A stretch of DNA of 63,806 nt, counting the filler, from Rhabdomonas costata (taxonomy: Eukaryota): assembly GCA_019059605.1 (NCBI GenBank). It is 21 parts of 21 records of this genome, joined end to end, with 100 filler letters (N's around TTAATTAATTAA, not from the genome) between each part and the next. Parts side by side here need not be neighbours in the genome. Positions count along the whole stretch, not along the records: positions 48,716 to 51,661 come from JAHMHO010001694.1; positions 51,762 to 54,700 come from JAHMHO010001695.1; positions 54,801 to 57,736 come from JAHMHO010001696.1; positions 57,837 to 60,773 come from JAHMHO010001697.1; positions 60,874 to 63,806 come from JAHMHO010001698.1; 16 more parts are not named here. One strand, written 5' to 3'. The position numbers were made by a program, and so were the translations under genes. Position 1 is the first letter of the stretch. Each line of letters opens with the position of its first letter. This document shows positions 48,716 to 60,889 of this stretch, piece by piece. The notes beneath the pieces are model-generated. The model did no database searches, was not told the origin of the DNA, and saw nothing but the letters and a program-made list of their open reading frames with translations.

Positions 48716-51162
48716 GGTTTTGTGTTGAGCATCTGCATGGTCTCCAGGATCAGTGCGTACTTGATCTTGCGGTCCAGCGGGGTGTCACACGTGAAAGAGG
48801 GCGAGTGGTTGACCTGAGGGCGCAACCGTAACTCAGTAACGGCAATTAATCCCAAAGAGAGAGGTGAAAAGGACCGCTCAGGAGCCCTTCTGATGCAGCT
48901 ACAAAAAGGAGGCACGAGATCTGTAGCAACCTGTAGCAAGAAAGGGTGTATTGGAGGTTGAAAACCCCGTTCCCATCGACCGAGGTTGGTGACAGCCATC
49001 GTGGCGGTTTATTCAAGCAGCGTACCGAAAGCACTTGCGTCGCCACATTCCTCCTTGTTTTTCACCACCACCTTACTAAGCTAGGATCCTTCCCCTGGTC
49101 TTTACCGGGAAGTCGGGACCCAGTTGCGATACTGAAACCAACAGGGAGCCTTTCTTGAAATGCCTGTGCAAACTAAAGACAAGCTTTTCTTTTGTGGTTA
49201 TGAAGTCTGCACGGTTCAGACGCAAAAGCCCCGGGGCGTAGTAGTATATATGGTGAGAAGGCAGAGGGGATTGGCGGGCTAGTGTGCCTCCAAGAGGTAG
49301 GGCTTGAGCCTGTAGTCCAGGACGATATCGAAGCCAAGGATCTCGAAGCAGCCGCAGCCGTCATTTCTCTGCGGGAAGCACAGGTTGTAGACGTGCTTCA
49401 GAGTGGGCTGTGCCGCGATCAGCGTGCGGATGATGACGTCCTGAAACGGGGGGGGGGGAAACACAGAAGGAGGGAAGAACCCACCCCCGACCAGCGGGGC
49501 ACTTTAAATGAGCACATATCTGCAAACACTGTGGTCATTGCGGGTGATGTGCCAAATACTTCAGGGTCCAAATCAAATCCCTAAACCAAAATCTAGCCCT
49601 CCCCCTCCCGCAGACTGCAAGCCATGGAAAAACCCTGAACAAGAAGAAGCGTGCCCTTTTCCTCCTTTACAATGACTCCCAGGCTGTTGAGCCGTCATCT
49701 TCCAACCACTGAAACAGTACAGACAGTTTAGGCCCAAAGCGCTTCTGCAGAACACAGCAAGCAGATGGCACAGTGGGGGTGAGGAAACAAGACTGCAAAA
49801 CCTTGGCTTGGGAACGGGCAAAAAAGTGGGCGTTTGACATTGAACACAATTCAACAGCAAGAACGAAACAATATTCGAAGCTAGGTATGCCACGTCGAGG
49901 TCGAGGAGCAGACGGCATGGATGGTGGCAGGTGAGGGGTGTTGGTGGCAGAGGTTAGCGTGGGTGAGCATATGCTATTTTTCTGAACGAGTCTGTTGGGT
50001 GGGCATGCACCTCAATGCCCCTCCAAACTTTCCTGGGGTCCAAGCCTTGCTCCACGAAATACTGGTTCAAGAACACGAAGTCTCGCTTCGAGCCCACGTC
50101 CCCTCGACTGTCGTCCTGTCCCCACCGCAGTTAAGGTGACCGGGGAAAAAGATGAGCCCAGCCAGATTATAAATTCTGAATCTTTTTTAAACGGTTTGAA
50201 AGCACACATTCCGCACACAGAGGGTGTGCACACAATTTTTATTTGTGAAATTCTGAATCTGCAGCGCAACGCAATGCTCCTAAATCACCCACGCAAATGC
50301 TCTTACCCACGCATACACTGCTATGGCTTTGGGACTTCGAAACTAACTGCGCGCACGGAACATTGTTGTTGGGGAAGTCTTACTGCCTCCATGCCTCCAG
50401 CGGAGGGGGGGCTTGCGAATTTTTCCCACTTTCTGGCCGCTTCTCAAGAAGCGGATCACCTATCTCCTGCTGTCGAGCTGGGATCCTGGTTACGCCTGAG
50501 TGGGTAATTCAACCGCGGGAGACGGAGTCATAACACACACACAAGGTACGCACCCTGACACATCCCAATTTTCTTACGTCCCGACCCGTTCATCGAGAGA
50601 CTCACGGAACCTCATTGAAGACGAAGTTGGTGTTGTGTTTGTTGATTGCGTAGTTGGTGAGGTGCATGTAGGCGTGCTCCAGGTTCGCATCTGTGGGTTT
50701 CTGGTAGGGCTCCGTGCACAGACGAACCTGCGCGTTTGTATGGCAGCAATGAGGGGCAGCTCCTCCTCCCAATTCGGTTGAAAAAAGGACCCTTCGCCTG
50801 CGTGAATGAAGGTAAGGGCTAGGCGATGACGGGAGAGTAGGAAAGATGGCAGCTTATTGACGAAACAGTAATTTTAGTGCCCGTTGGCAGACGGTCCTGT
50901 GCGCGTTACGGTGACTACTCACACAATGCAGTCTCTCCGCACCATTCGGGAAGTAGGAACTCTCAGGCCTCGTGTGTGGCAACGATGCCAGAGCGAAATA
51001 CAGATCCCCTGGTGGGTGGGTGAAGAGATGGACCAGGCCATCGTCGAAGAGGAATATGGAGAGGCTGACGACGTTGGAGACCAAAGCGTACACCCTCATG
51101 TCAAACTTGAAGCCGTCGATGAGCAGCGGCTTGGTGAGGTACTGCTGCACGACAACGTCTTC
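48716..51162 (-). CDS. Tubulin polyglutamylase (TTLL6/13-like), 5 internal exons
   Basis: VVQQYLTKPLLIDGFKFDMRVYALV...DGL/VRLCTEPY...YMHLTNYAINKH / GSKR / DVIIRTLIAAQP...CFEILGFDIVLD...PYLLE/VNHSPSFTCDTPLDRKIK are canonical TTL-domain motifs. Confidence 0.96.
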
Positions 51163-51869
51163 CTGTTAGTGTGCAGGCGCATTTTTGGATACGGAGCGAT
51201 TTTCAGGCTTTCGACTGCCTTTGTCCTTGGTCATTCAATTGCTGCGGTTCGGCTTCGGAAAGCGCTCCACGGGCGCTGAGAATATTTTGTTTTTGGTGAA
51301 GTGGTGGTGGTGATGGGGCACTTCGTGTGGAGCACAACACTCCCGCATGAGGAGTTGGGTGCAAAAAGTAGCCAGCGGTGGCACCGAAATCGGCTCGAAT
51401 CCATGTTCATGGTCAAGCACGCTGATCTCGCGTGAGGAAACATGGGTGATAGTGAAAGCAACTCTGGCCCACACCAGGACCCCAGTGAAATTGGAGACCC
51501 GCAAGTCCCTCAGGTTTGAAACAGAAGTTGCCTATACGATTGGCCCAGTCTTGTCCGTTCGTTCGATTGAGATGACGTCATACACAGCCTACAAACCAAC
51601 ATACACACGCACACACACACACACACACACACGCACACAAACCCCCCAAACACACCCACAANNNNNNNNNNNNNNNNNNNNNNNNNNNNNNNNNNNNNNN
51701 NNNNNTTAATTAATTAANNNNNNNNNNNNNNNNNNNNNNNNNNNNNNNNNNNNNNNNNNNNGGTTGCGGTAAAGCAATGGGGAATGCCCCACTGTGAGGT
51801 GGGGGCGGGATGGCGACAGGGGTTGCTGTAAAGCAATGTGCAGCGCAGCTCGCTGTGCCCCTCTCGCAG

Positions 51870-53175
51870 TGCCGCGCTGCGGCGGCGCGGTGTGACCCTC
51901 GGACTCCGTGGCAATGGTATGGTAAGAACTCTTCGCGAACACAATGGTCCGGGGACGCACAGTGGAGGCCCACGAAGTGCTGCCTGCCGCAGCTCCCGCT
52001 GTGGGGAGGTCAGCGCTGCCTGGCGGGCTCCGGGATCGCTGTTGTGGGAGACTCCAGTGGGCGGAGAATGTGGAAGTGCCTCCGCGCCTGGTTCGCCCGG
52101 GGAAAGGGCACTCGCGCTTGCCAGGGGGGGTGTTACAATACTCTTCTGGGCTTGAGGCGGGATTTTTTTTAATTTGGACGTGCTCGCCGAATGGAATATT
52201 TGTGGAAGCGGGAGGCTGCATCGGGATAACCACTAGGTTTTTGGACAAGGAAATACTGTAATAAATTTCCCGGGAGGGTCACCCAAGATCTTGCTGCGCA
52301 GTGGGGAACATCGTCCAGTGTCAGCTGAACGCAAGAGCACAGAAACGTGGGGCACAAGCAACTGGAACATCGGGGGCACTGGGGGACCGATACAAAAGGG
52401 GAAGGAGAAAAACAAAAAAGCACTGTGCACAGTTCATTTTAGAAAATGCAAGGGGACTGGCAAAAAAAGCATGGAGACCGAGAGTGAAGGGAAGAAAAGG
52501 GGATATCAATGCACAGGAGCAAGACATGTTGTGAGCAATGATGTAGCAAGGGGACAGGGGGGCCGAAACCGAGGGCAATGGAGAAGCAAATGCTTCCAAG
52601 TCAAATAGAGACTAGCCTTTGAATGGGTTTAAATCGGCGTGTGAGCGTGTGAGGGACGTGACTTGATCCCTTGCTAATTCTATTTTTCCCAATAAGGATT
52701 GATTTCGCGCCCTTTGTGTTTTTCACCTGAGAGGTGCGTCGGCGCGCTCAACTTTAAGAAAGAGTTACAAAGGGCTTTGCACACTTTTCCTCACCGCTCA
52801 ACGCACGACACCCACGACACCCGCCGGCGCGCACCTAGGGCAAGCACTGCTGGTGAAGCGGAAGCGTTCCAAGAGGCCTGCCTGCGGGAGTACAAGCCGG
52901 ACAAGATGGACTTCACCTACCACAACCCAGCCCGGAACATCTCCGTAGACTTCTTCTGGACGCCTTTCCTCCACGAGGCTAGCAAAGGCTTCCTGCCCCA
53001 AGCCTGCAAGTACCGCCTGATTATAGTGAACTTGGGGCTGTGGTACCATGCGAAAATGGCCAACACGCTGCCCGCCTACACCCTGGACTGGCATCGCTGG
53101 GTTGCGAGAACTAGGGTGGCCTTGCAGGGGCCCTGCAGACCCCGAGTGGTGTACGTCGGCATCCCTGCCGTGAAG
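51870..53175 (+). CDS. PC-esterase / TBL-like SGNH O-acyltransferase or esterase, internal exons
   Basis: QWRPTKCCLPQL...CLAGSGIAVVGDSSGR (GDS nucleophile motif), then NISVDFFWTPFL...LIIVNLGLWY...RVVYVG. The C-terminal DxxH was not identified. Confidence 0.75.
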
Positions 53176-54902
53176 GTATGTGGGGAAGAAGGGCTGGCGG
53201 TCGCCCGTGGCTCAGTTTATCTTGAATCTCGAAGTAGTGGCTGACAGATAAAAGGGAAGGCTTTCCCTTGCAGATTTGGACGAAGTTTCCATTATTCGAA
53301 CCTTTGGAGGGGGGGGGGGGGCGTAGGTGGGAAACTTGAGATTTGTTGACTTCGTCCGCGTTCCGCTTGGGACGAAGGAGTACAGAAGGAGTGCAGGTCG
53401 GCTTTACCGCTGTGTGCCGAGAAAAAGCACAGAACTGCCTTCTTTTTCAAGAGTAGTTTTATCGTTGCGTTTTCCGAAAGGGGCATCAGTGACATTTTGC
53501 ACCTGGGTTAGAATCGAATTTCGATGAAGTGGCGCAAGATAAAAGGAAGAACAGCGAAGGGGCATCACAACGCCCAAATCCTGCACAAAAAACCACCATA
53601 CAAAGATCTGCAGGATCTTATCTCATTCGCTGTGCCGTGAATACCACAACAAGGAACAGCAAACCAACTTCCGGCCTCCACCGGACACCTTTCCAACACA
53701 TTTTTCTGAGACACTGGCATATTTTGAATGCGTATCAATCCAAGGTCGGGCAACACGCACACCAGCGCAAATGCAAAAATAGAGGAGGGGTGGATAGAGG
53801 AGTAGGGAAGTTCAGAGCGGAATGAAATAAAATCCGAGGCAACGCTCAAAGCATGACAAAAACAATCGAGTAGCACAGATGACAAGCAGATGAAACAGCG
53901 CGAAGAGAAGAGAGATGCAGTCAAGTGACAAAGAAAATGTGCCTACATGAGCTCTTTGTCTCTTTCGTGAGCAGCGAGATGGAGAACGAAAGGAATAAAA
54001 TGCAAGCCAATATAAGAACAATCATTCTTACCAACCAGCCGTGACTCTCTGCAAATCTCCTAATTGCTCATTTCCCATGGTTCAGTTAACTTCCTACCCA
54101 AAGAGCCGCCAAGGCCAAGGAGCACGGGTGGGTACCGGCCTGAGGGTGCAAGGACCGGCCACGCGTTTCGGGATGCCCATATAGAAAAGACCGCGGGCCC
54201 GCTTCGGGTTTGCCCTCGTTGGCCTAATGATGTAAGCTTATAAAAAGAACTGAATGTTGTTCGGAGCTTTTCACACCGTGGGACATTATGTGTCTGTGCA
54301 GGATTCAGACAAGACTGAGCTTGCCCGTCTCCATGCCTTGTCCTCCCTGCAGAGCAAGCTCGCCTACCCGGACCCCTTCATCAATTTTTTCGACCGCACA
54401 TGGTCAATCTGTCCTCCCCCATAATCTTCATCATCATCCGACTCTCCCGCTTCCCTCTCTCCCCTTGACTCTACCCTCCTCTCTGTGCTCTCGACCGAAA
54501 GGTTTTGTGGTTTTGTGTGTGTGGGGGGAGTGGGTGGCAAAGTCGAAGCAGGCACGCTGCTGCGCTTTCGAAAACTTCTGGCATAAGACTTTTGAGTGTC
54601 AGAATCACAACAACTGCCGCGGGTACCCTAAAATGTTGACAAAGAACTGCGGCTTTGATCTTGCAGCGTTGCGCCATTCGCAGCCCTCCCACCAACCCCC
54701 NNNNNNNNNNNNNNNNNNNNNNNNNNNNNNNNNNNNNNNNNNNNTTAATTAATTAANNNNNNNNNNNNNNNNNNNNNNNNNNNNNNNNNNNNNNNNNNNN
54801 GTGTGGTTGTTAACCCTCTGGAATTCCAAACTCTGACTTGTTGCCTTGTACGGAGCGTTCATTACATCGTCTCGAAGGTAAACAAAAGGAAGGGGGGGGT
54901 AC

Positions 54903-55015
54903 CAAGATTGCAGTGACGTGGTTGAGCTGCAGGAGCCGGTGCACGCCCCCCTTGTCCAGGAAGATGTTGGCAAACCGCTTGTGTGTCAGAAAGGCCGAGG
55001 CGGCACGCAGGGCAT
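54903..55015 (-). CDS. DCAF1/VprBP-like exon
   Basis: DALRAASAFLTHKRFANIFLDKGGVHRLL resembles the DCAF1 ALxxLxxLLxHKKFAxxFxxxGGVxKLL segment; AG/GT-bounded. Only one exon supports this call. Confidence 0.6.
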
Positions 55016-57410
55016 CTGCGCACACGGTCATAGTAATTTGAATAACTACCCCAATCCCGAGATCTTGCGAAGATAAAAAACGAAGTGAAATGGGACTTCC
55101 GCAGTTTTTACGTGGAACATCAACCATACATTACTTGAAGTCGAGCGGGTCATCGCTTGCAACGGGCTTTCCCCGTAAAATCCCCCCCCCCCCTGACGTC
55201 AGAACATCCGGACCCTTAAGTCCGACTTATCTGAAAGGCCACAATTTATCAAATGCTGATGATTGGCACTCTCAGCGGAAGCGTACACACACACAGTCTC
55301 ACCTGCAACCGTCCCGGGCTCCTTCCAAGTGGACAGCTCCAAAAACATCTCCACCGCACCGCACTACGACAAAGCAATAACGAGAGTAAATGTAACCGAG
55401 TTTCCTCCCAATAGGTTGTATCCTGAACCCTGCTATCCCCAAAAAAAGTGTGATCCGCGTTTGGTTTCCGCTGAGCTCCGGAATTTCAGATGTGATAATG
55501 ACATGAAGCTGTGACATAAAACCGAGTGGATCCTTGGAAACAACGATGGCTCCTTTGCCCCCCTCCCCCCATCCTTCCTCCCCCTTGTCTCCATTCGCTG
55601 TAGTCCGTTCTTCTCCTTCGTGCCCAAGTTCCTTTTCACTGGGAGAGCTTCCGCCCCGTTTCTATGGAAGTGGTGCGTGCTGTGCGTTGACGGCGCTCGA
55701 GGCTTTCTTTCAGGCTTTCTCTTTCCGTCTTTGTGACAAGTTTTGGTCGCCGATCCTGCTATATCCCTCCCCTTCTCTCGTCTCTCGCACGCTCACTCCC
55801 TCATCCTGCGCCTGCCCAGCACCCCGCCTCTCTTGCCTCATTTCCAGTTTGCAATTTTCGTGGTCGGTACGGTTCTGTAAAGATTGGGGTGCCGTTTCCG
55901 TTTCTGTAGGGAGCGGCATCTAAGTGTGAGACAAGAGGGGACTTGGAGGGCAGTTTTTAACGGGGGTTCGGTCGTCTTGGGCAGACAGATGGAGGGTCAC
56001 ACATGTGTGTGCGTGTGCGTGCCTTGATAACGTGCTTTTGTCCCGAGACCTCCTTGCGCAGTCAGGACTTGGAGTGTGGAGCGTGGAGTAATGGAAGTGG
56101 TCTTGCTTGCAAAAGGGATGGAGTGGGAGATATCTAACTCGCATCGCTTTGTATGACATCTTAAAAAGTCTTCAGGCTCAATCTCAGAGCTGCGCTGTTG
56201 CTAGGCACATCCCCAGTGCGATCCGCACCCCCTCCCCCTCCTTGAAAGTCAGTCAAAGCCTTCAAAGTATTTATAAAACCATCTTCATATACCCAATAAA
56301 TTTGTACGCTTAAGCCAGCGTGCCTTGCTGCATTAACAAGACAGCAGAAAGCGCCTTGCTGCTGGAACTGCTTTAGTATATGACTTCAAACCCCGGTAAA
56401 AACAAGACGCAAATGAGTCGGGCCTTCTGGAAAGGGCGGTTCGATGAAGGCAACCTTCTGTCACAAGCCACTCCGACTAGCCACCGGTTTCCCACCAAGT
56501 TGTTGCTTCTCGCCCTGTTTTGTGCTTTTGGCTCGCAGAGCTTTTCTCGCACCCTTTTGTGCTTTTGGAGCAATTAAATGGCTTCACCCATGGACGCTGT
56601 TCAAGCAGTTAGGTGAGTGTTTATGCTATTTATCCGTTTTGCTGGCGGGCCTGGGCAAACCTTTCTCTATGATTGGCTCATCGAAAGGAATTGGTGTGGT
56701 CCAGACATGCTCTGGTGTCAAGACAATGGCGCAAAATGGAAATAATGGCCCCTTCTCATGTTTTTGTGAATGCCACACATGCGCATCCCCACTCCACCCC
56801 CTGCTCCTGCTTCCCCGCTGTTTCTTCTGCGCCGCTGTTTTGTGCGGAGGACTCATGACGCAGGATAGTGACCCTTTCAGATGTGCTAAGCATTTGGTTT
56901 CTTCAGAACGTTCCTTAATTAAAATATATGCCTCGGCTTGAAACAGCCGAATTCGGTGTTTGCGCACATTGCTCTGTGCGCGCAATTAAGCTGTGAAGAG
57001 TGCTGTTCCAGGCTGTACAAGGGGAGCTCTTTGTCGTCTCAAGAACAGCTCAGTTCACGAAAATGCGCTCACGTTGTTTGCCTATATGCCTGCGCACACG
57101 CACAGCTCTGCTCCGCAGCCCATGCCCGACGCCTTGCTGGCCCTTGGGGAGGAGCTTATGCGGCAGAGCCTCCTGCTGGAGCTGGCATCCGGCGGCGGTG
57201 AGGAGGTGCCTCCGCCGGCGTGGCGACCCGTGAGGGCTCCGCCGTCGTTCTTCCATGAGCCCCGGCCGCAGCCCCCTCCGCCTCCACCGCGGTCGGTAGT
57301 GGGAACCTCCGCCATGGTCTTCCCCTCTCATCCTGTGTTCTCTGCAGGGGTTTTGTATAGTCAGGTACAGTGCAGTCAGGTATGCAAGCTCGACGAGCCC
57401 CATTGACAAG

Positions 57411-57432
57411 AGGGATTAGGGTTAGGGTTAGG
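57411..57432 (+). repeat. Short interstitial telomere-like (TTAGGG)n tract
   Basis: agggattagggttagggttagg read directly. Confidence 0.7.
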
Positions 57433-58228
57433 ATTGTCTGGGAACTTGGGCCACGGGACGGGGGTGGGCAACACCCATTTTTTCTCAGCCTCTGCCGGCG
57501 CTGTCCTCGGTGTTCTCGTTTCTCGGCGCGGGCTGTGAGACTCCTTTGCTGACGGGCTCTCTGGCGCTGGTCTGCAGGTTCACCTCCTTTTCCAGGGAGG
57601 AATGGGGAGTAAGTCATTACAGAAGGGTCACCTCCACATACTTGAGCTTCGTGGGGGTGGGGGATGGGGCTGAGAGCAGCTCAGTACAGCGCATGAATGC
57701 CAGGCCTCTCGCCGCCAGTGAGCCACTGCATGGGGGNNNNNNNNNNNNNNNNNNNNNNNNNNNNNNNNNNNNNNNNNNNNTTAATTAATTAANNNNNNNN
57801 NNNNNNNNNNNNNNNNNNNNNNNNNNNNNNNNNNNNGTGTGGGTGGGTTTTCCCACTCCTATTGGGTGTAATACATCCTGCAAATGTCCGTTGGGGGGGG
57901 GGGATGGTTGCTTTTTTTTCCAGTCGGGACGAAACCCCGATGTGCCTGCACAAATGTTTTTGCCGCGTTCTAGGTTGGCACCCCAAACATTTCTGTGTAG
58001 GAGAAGTCCCTGTAATGCAACTCGTAGATTCATGAAATCACGTTTTGGACCCGTCTTCATTTCACACATTCTTCTCGATCCAGGATTCTGTCATTTCATG
58101 ACGTTTAGGTCGCACACCTTGTTCCACACCTTCCCTGGAAAATTACACAGGCTGCCCTTTGAACTGCTACTTTTCATCACAATCATTGTGGTGGACTGCT
58201 CGGGCCTACTCGTTGTTGTGTCGTACAG

Positions 58229-60369
58229 GTCAGGCTTGGTCTTGCCCTCCAGCAGTGCGTGCTGGAACGGCCTTGCCCAATGGAAGTGCTGAGCCTTTTG
58301 AACAACCAGATTGGTGAGCGTGGCGCGCAGTCGCTGTGTGGAGGCTTAGCTGCAGTGAGGCTTCCTGCGCTGCACTCCATCAACCTTTCTGGAAACCGGT
58401 GCATGCGTGTTCGTGAGTGTCCGCGAGTGTTTTCTTGATTCCTTCTGTTGCCGTATTGACCATGCTGTGCATAGGCGAAAGGGATTCACTCACCCAACTT
58501 CTTGGATTGGTCCCTTATGTTTCAATTTAAACTGAATCTTTCTTGCCTGACAGGCTCTTTGTAAAGGACTTTCGATTGATATTGATTGCTGTGCGTCTTG
58601 TCTTTTGCGCAAGTGCGCAAGCGTCCTTCCAGGCTGGGTATCCACTGCCGTACATGTCGTTTGAGCTGCGCAACCTGTTTTTGGAGAGGATCGCCACGTG
58701 TTCCAGCAGTGGGTTAGCATGGTTCCCTCCTCATTACTGGAGTCGCAGCTGTTCTTCAGTTTTTGTTTTTTAAACCCTCCCTACAGGGGTCCACACAGCA
58801 GAGTCCGTCTCCACTGGTGCTCCTGGTTGTTCCCTTTATGCTGTATGTCCCGCTGTGGGCTCTCTTTAGCTTGGGAGCGACCGGGGTCAAGGCTGTAGCT
58901 GAGTTTCTGAGGAGTAATCCCACATTGCATACACTGGACCTCAGCAACAACTTCATGGGCAAGGAGGGGGCCGAGCAGCTGAGCCTGGGACTGGCTTCAA
59001 ACACGGCATGGATACTCTTTTGGACGTTACTAATTCCTGCCTCCAAGTCGCGAGGGCCATTTATACGGGGAGATATGGCCGGCTTACCACGGAATCTAAG
59101 TGTGTCGATAACCCTGAGGTTTCGTGCCATCTCTCAGAGTATACTCATTTCTGTGACTTTTACAGCGTGTCAATATTTATTTCCTTTTGTCGTGGTTTTT
59201 CTTCTTTTTTTTTATCATTCTCTGTTTTCCACTTCACAGCGGCTGGCTGCTTTGATGGTCAGCAATAACGACCTGGGTTGCGACGGTTTTGCGCAGCTGT
59301 TACTATCGTATGCCATAAACCGTTCTTCCTAACTTCCAGCTTGTTTCCTTCTGATGTAGTCGGATCGCGTCACGCTCAAATATCTGTTTTACAGCAGGTG
59401 GCAGTATTCCTTTTTTATAACTAGAAAAAAGCTGCAGAGGAAATTTGGAAATAATTTTGGGCGAAAATTTTTATATAAAATAAGAAATCGCTGCAGAAGG
59501 TGTCACGTTTGTGGCGCCTTTGATCACCAAAAGGTTTGTTCTGTTGTCTTTCCCCTGCAACCTGTGGTGAGTGAGAATGGGGAGTGACGTTGTATGGTGC
59601 TCCACAGGCTTAGAGGGGTGTCTTATTTGGGGGCCGACTTCAATGGCGTTGGAGACTTTGGTGCTGGTGCTTTGATTCGATGTCTGAAGTCTGGGACGCC
59701 CTGCCCGCTACGGGTCGTGAACCTGAGCAACAATACCGTAGGTTTTCTTCTGTGCCCCTATTCTTCTCGTGAGGTGGATGGGAGTGCTTTTGAAATGTGC
59801 ACCCGATGATGCCATACGTTTTCGTGGGGGATGCAACTGGGATAATTTAATGAGTTCTTATAACTAATTTGAAACAAATATCCAGAAAAGCGTTCCGTTT
59901 CTACCTTGTTTTGTACTTCCAGATGTTTCCCCTCATGGTATAGCGTGTAAACTTGTTCGGGGTAGAGGGCTGTGTTTATGGGGTACTTCGGGTTGCGCAC
60001 TGTGATGACCATTCGCCATTTGAGAGTCTCCGACTGTTAACTGCTGAGTTTTGCTTCTCCAGAATTGCATTGTTGGACTAGTTTTGTGTTCGAAGTGGTC
60101 TATGGACATTCCAGCATTTAAGAGGCAAACACAAGCTTGTGTGAAGTTTGCAATCATCAATTCGATTCTTCTGATTTGGACAAAGCCCTTATTTGGGGCC
60201 TATTTGCCTTTTCTGGGTGCAGGTTCGCATATGTGAAGAAGGGGAATGGGTGTTCCCTCCTGCCCGCAGGTTTTGCAAAATGGGATTTGCTGAGGATGGC
60301 GTGCGCAGATGGGACTGTTACATTGTTGGGATCCGCAGCCAGCCACAAGGACCCCCGCTGCACTGTATC
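58229..60369 (+). CDS. Ribonuclease-inhibitor-type (NLRC3-like) LRR protein, internal exons
   Basis: EVLSLLNNQIGERGAQSL, LHSINLSGNR, NPTLHTLDLSNNFMGKEGAEQL, NT/RLAALMVSNNDLGCDG, LRVVNLSNNT form roughly 28-aa LRR units. Confidence 0.88.
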
Positions 60370-60889
60370 GTGAGTCCGCATGCTTCCCTCAAACCTCCTT
60401 GGGAGGGTGGATGTGTTTGGTTCTAACTTGCAGCGGGCAACAGATGCTGCTCGTTTCTGGTCAAATCAACTAAAATGTGGGCTTTGCCTGTTGTGGTGAT
60501 GTGTATTGGATTTTTCACTTAGGGACAGGGAAATAGATGTAGCGTTGGACTTAGAACCCAAACTTTTGCCACACCGGCTTCGAAAGAAACCTTCGTCCTT
60601 GTGAACTGCTCTTTTTAGAACTGATAGTATTTGGGTCTTTCACGCCTTCTTAAATGAAATTGAGGGCATTTCCTGCGTGCACATATTCACTCGCGTGCGC
60701 AGTGGAGGAAATGCCCTCAATTTCATTTAAGAAGGCGTGAAAGACCCAAATACTATCAGTTCTAAAAAACACANNNNNNNNNNNNNNNNNNNNNNNNNNN
60801 NNNNNNNNNNNNNNNNNTTAATTAATTAANNNNNNNNNNNNNNNNNNNNNNNNNNNNNNNNNNNNNNNNNNNNGGGTGGGGGGAGTTAG

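Noticed and set aside
54150..54200. Second hammerhead-like string on the minus strand (gggcatcccgaaacgcgt)
   Set aside because: There is no CUGANGA core and no valid cleavage triplet; too degenerate to support.
60612..60773. Perfect ~60-bp-arm inverted repeat
   Set aside because: It is a contig-terminal fold-back with no TSD or second flank to support a real element.
2948..60873. Regularly spaced TTAATTAATTAA motif and ORFs ending in X...LIN
   Set aside because: This is an artificial concatenation linker, not a repeat array or CRISPR.
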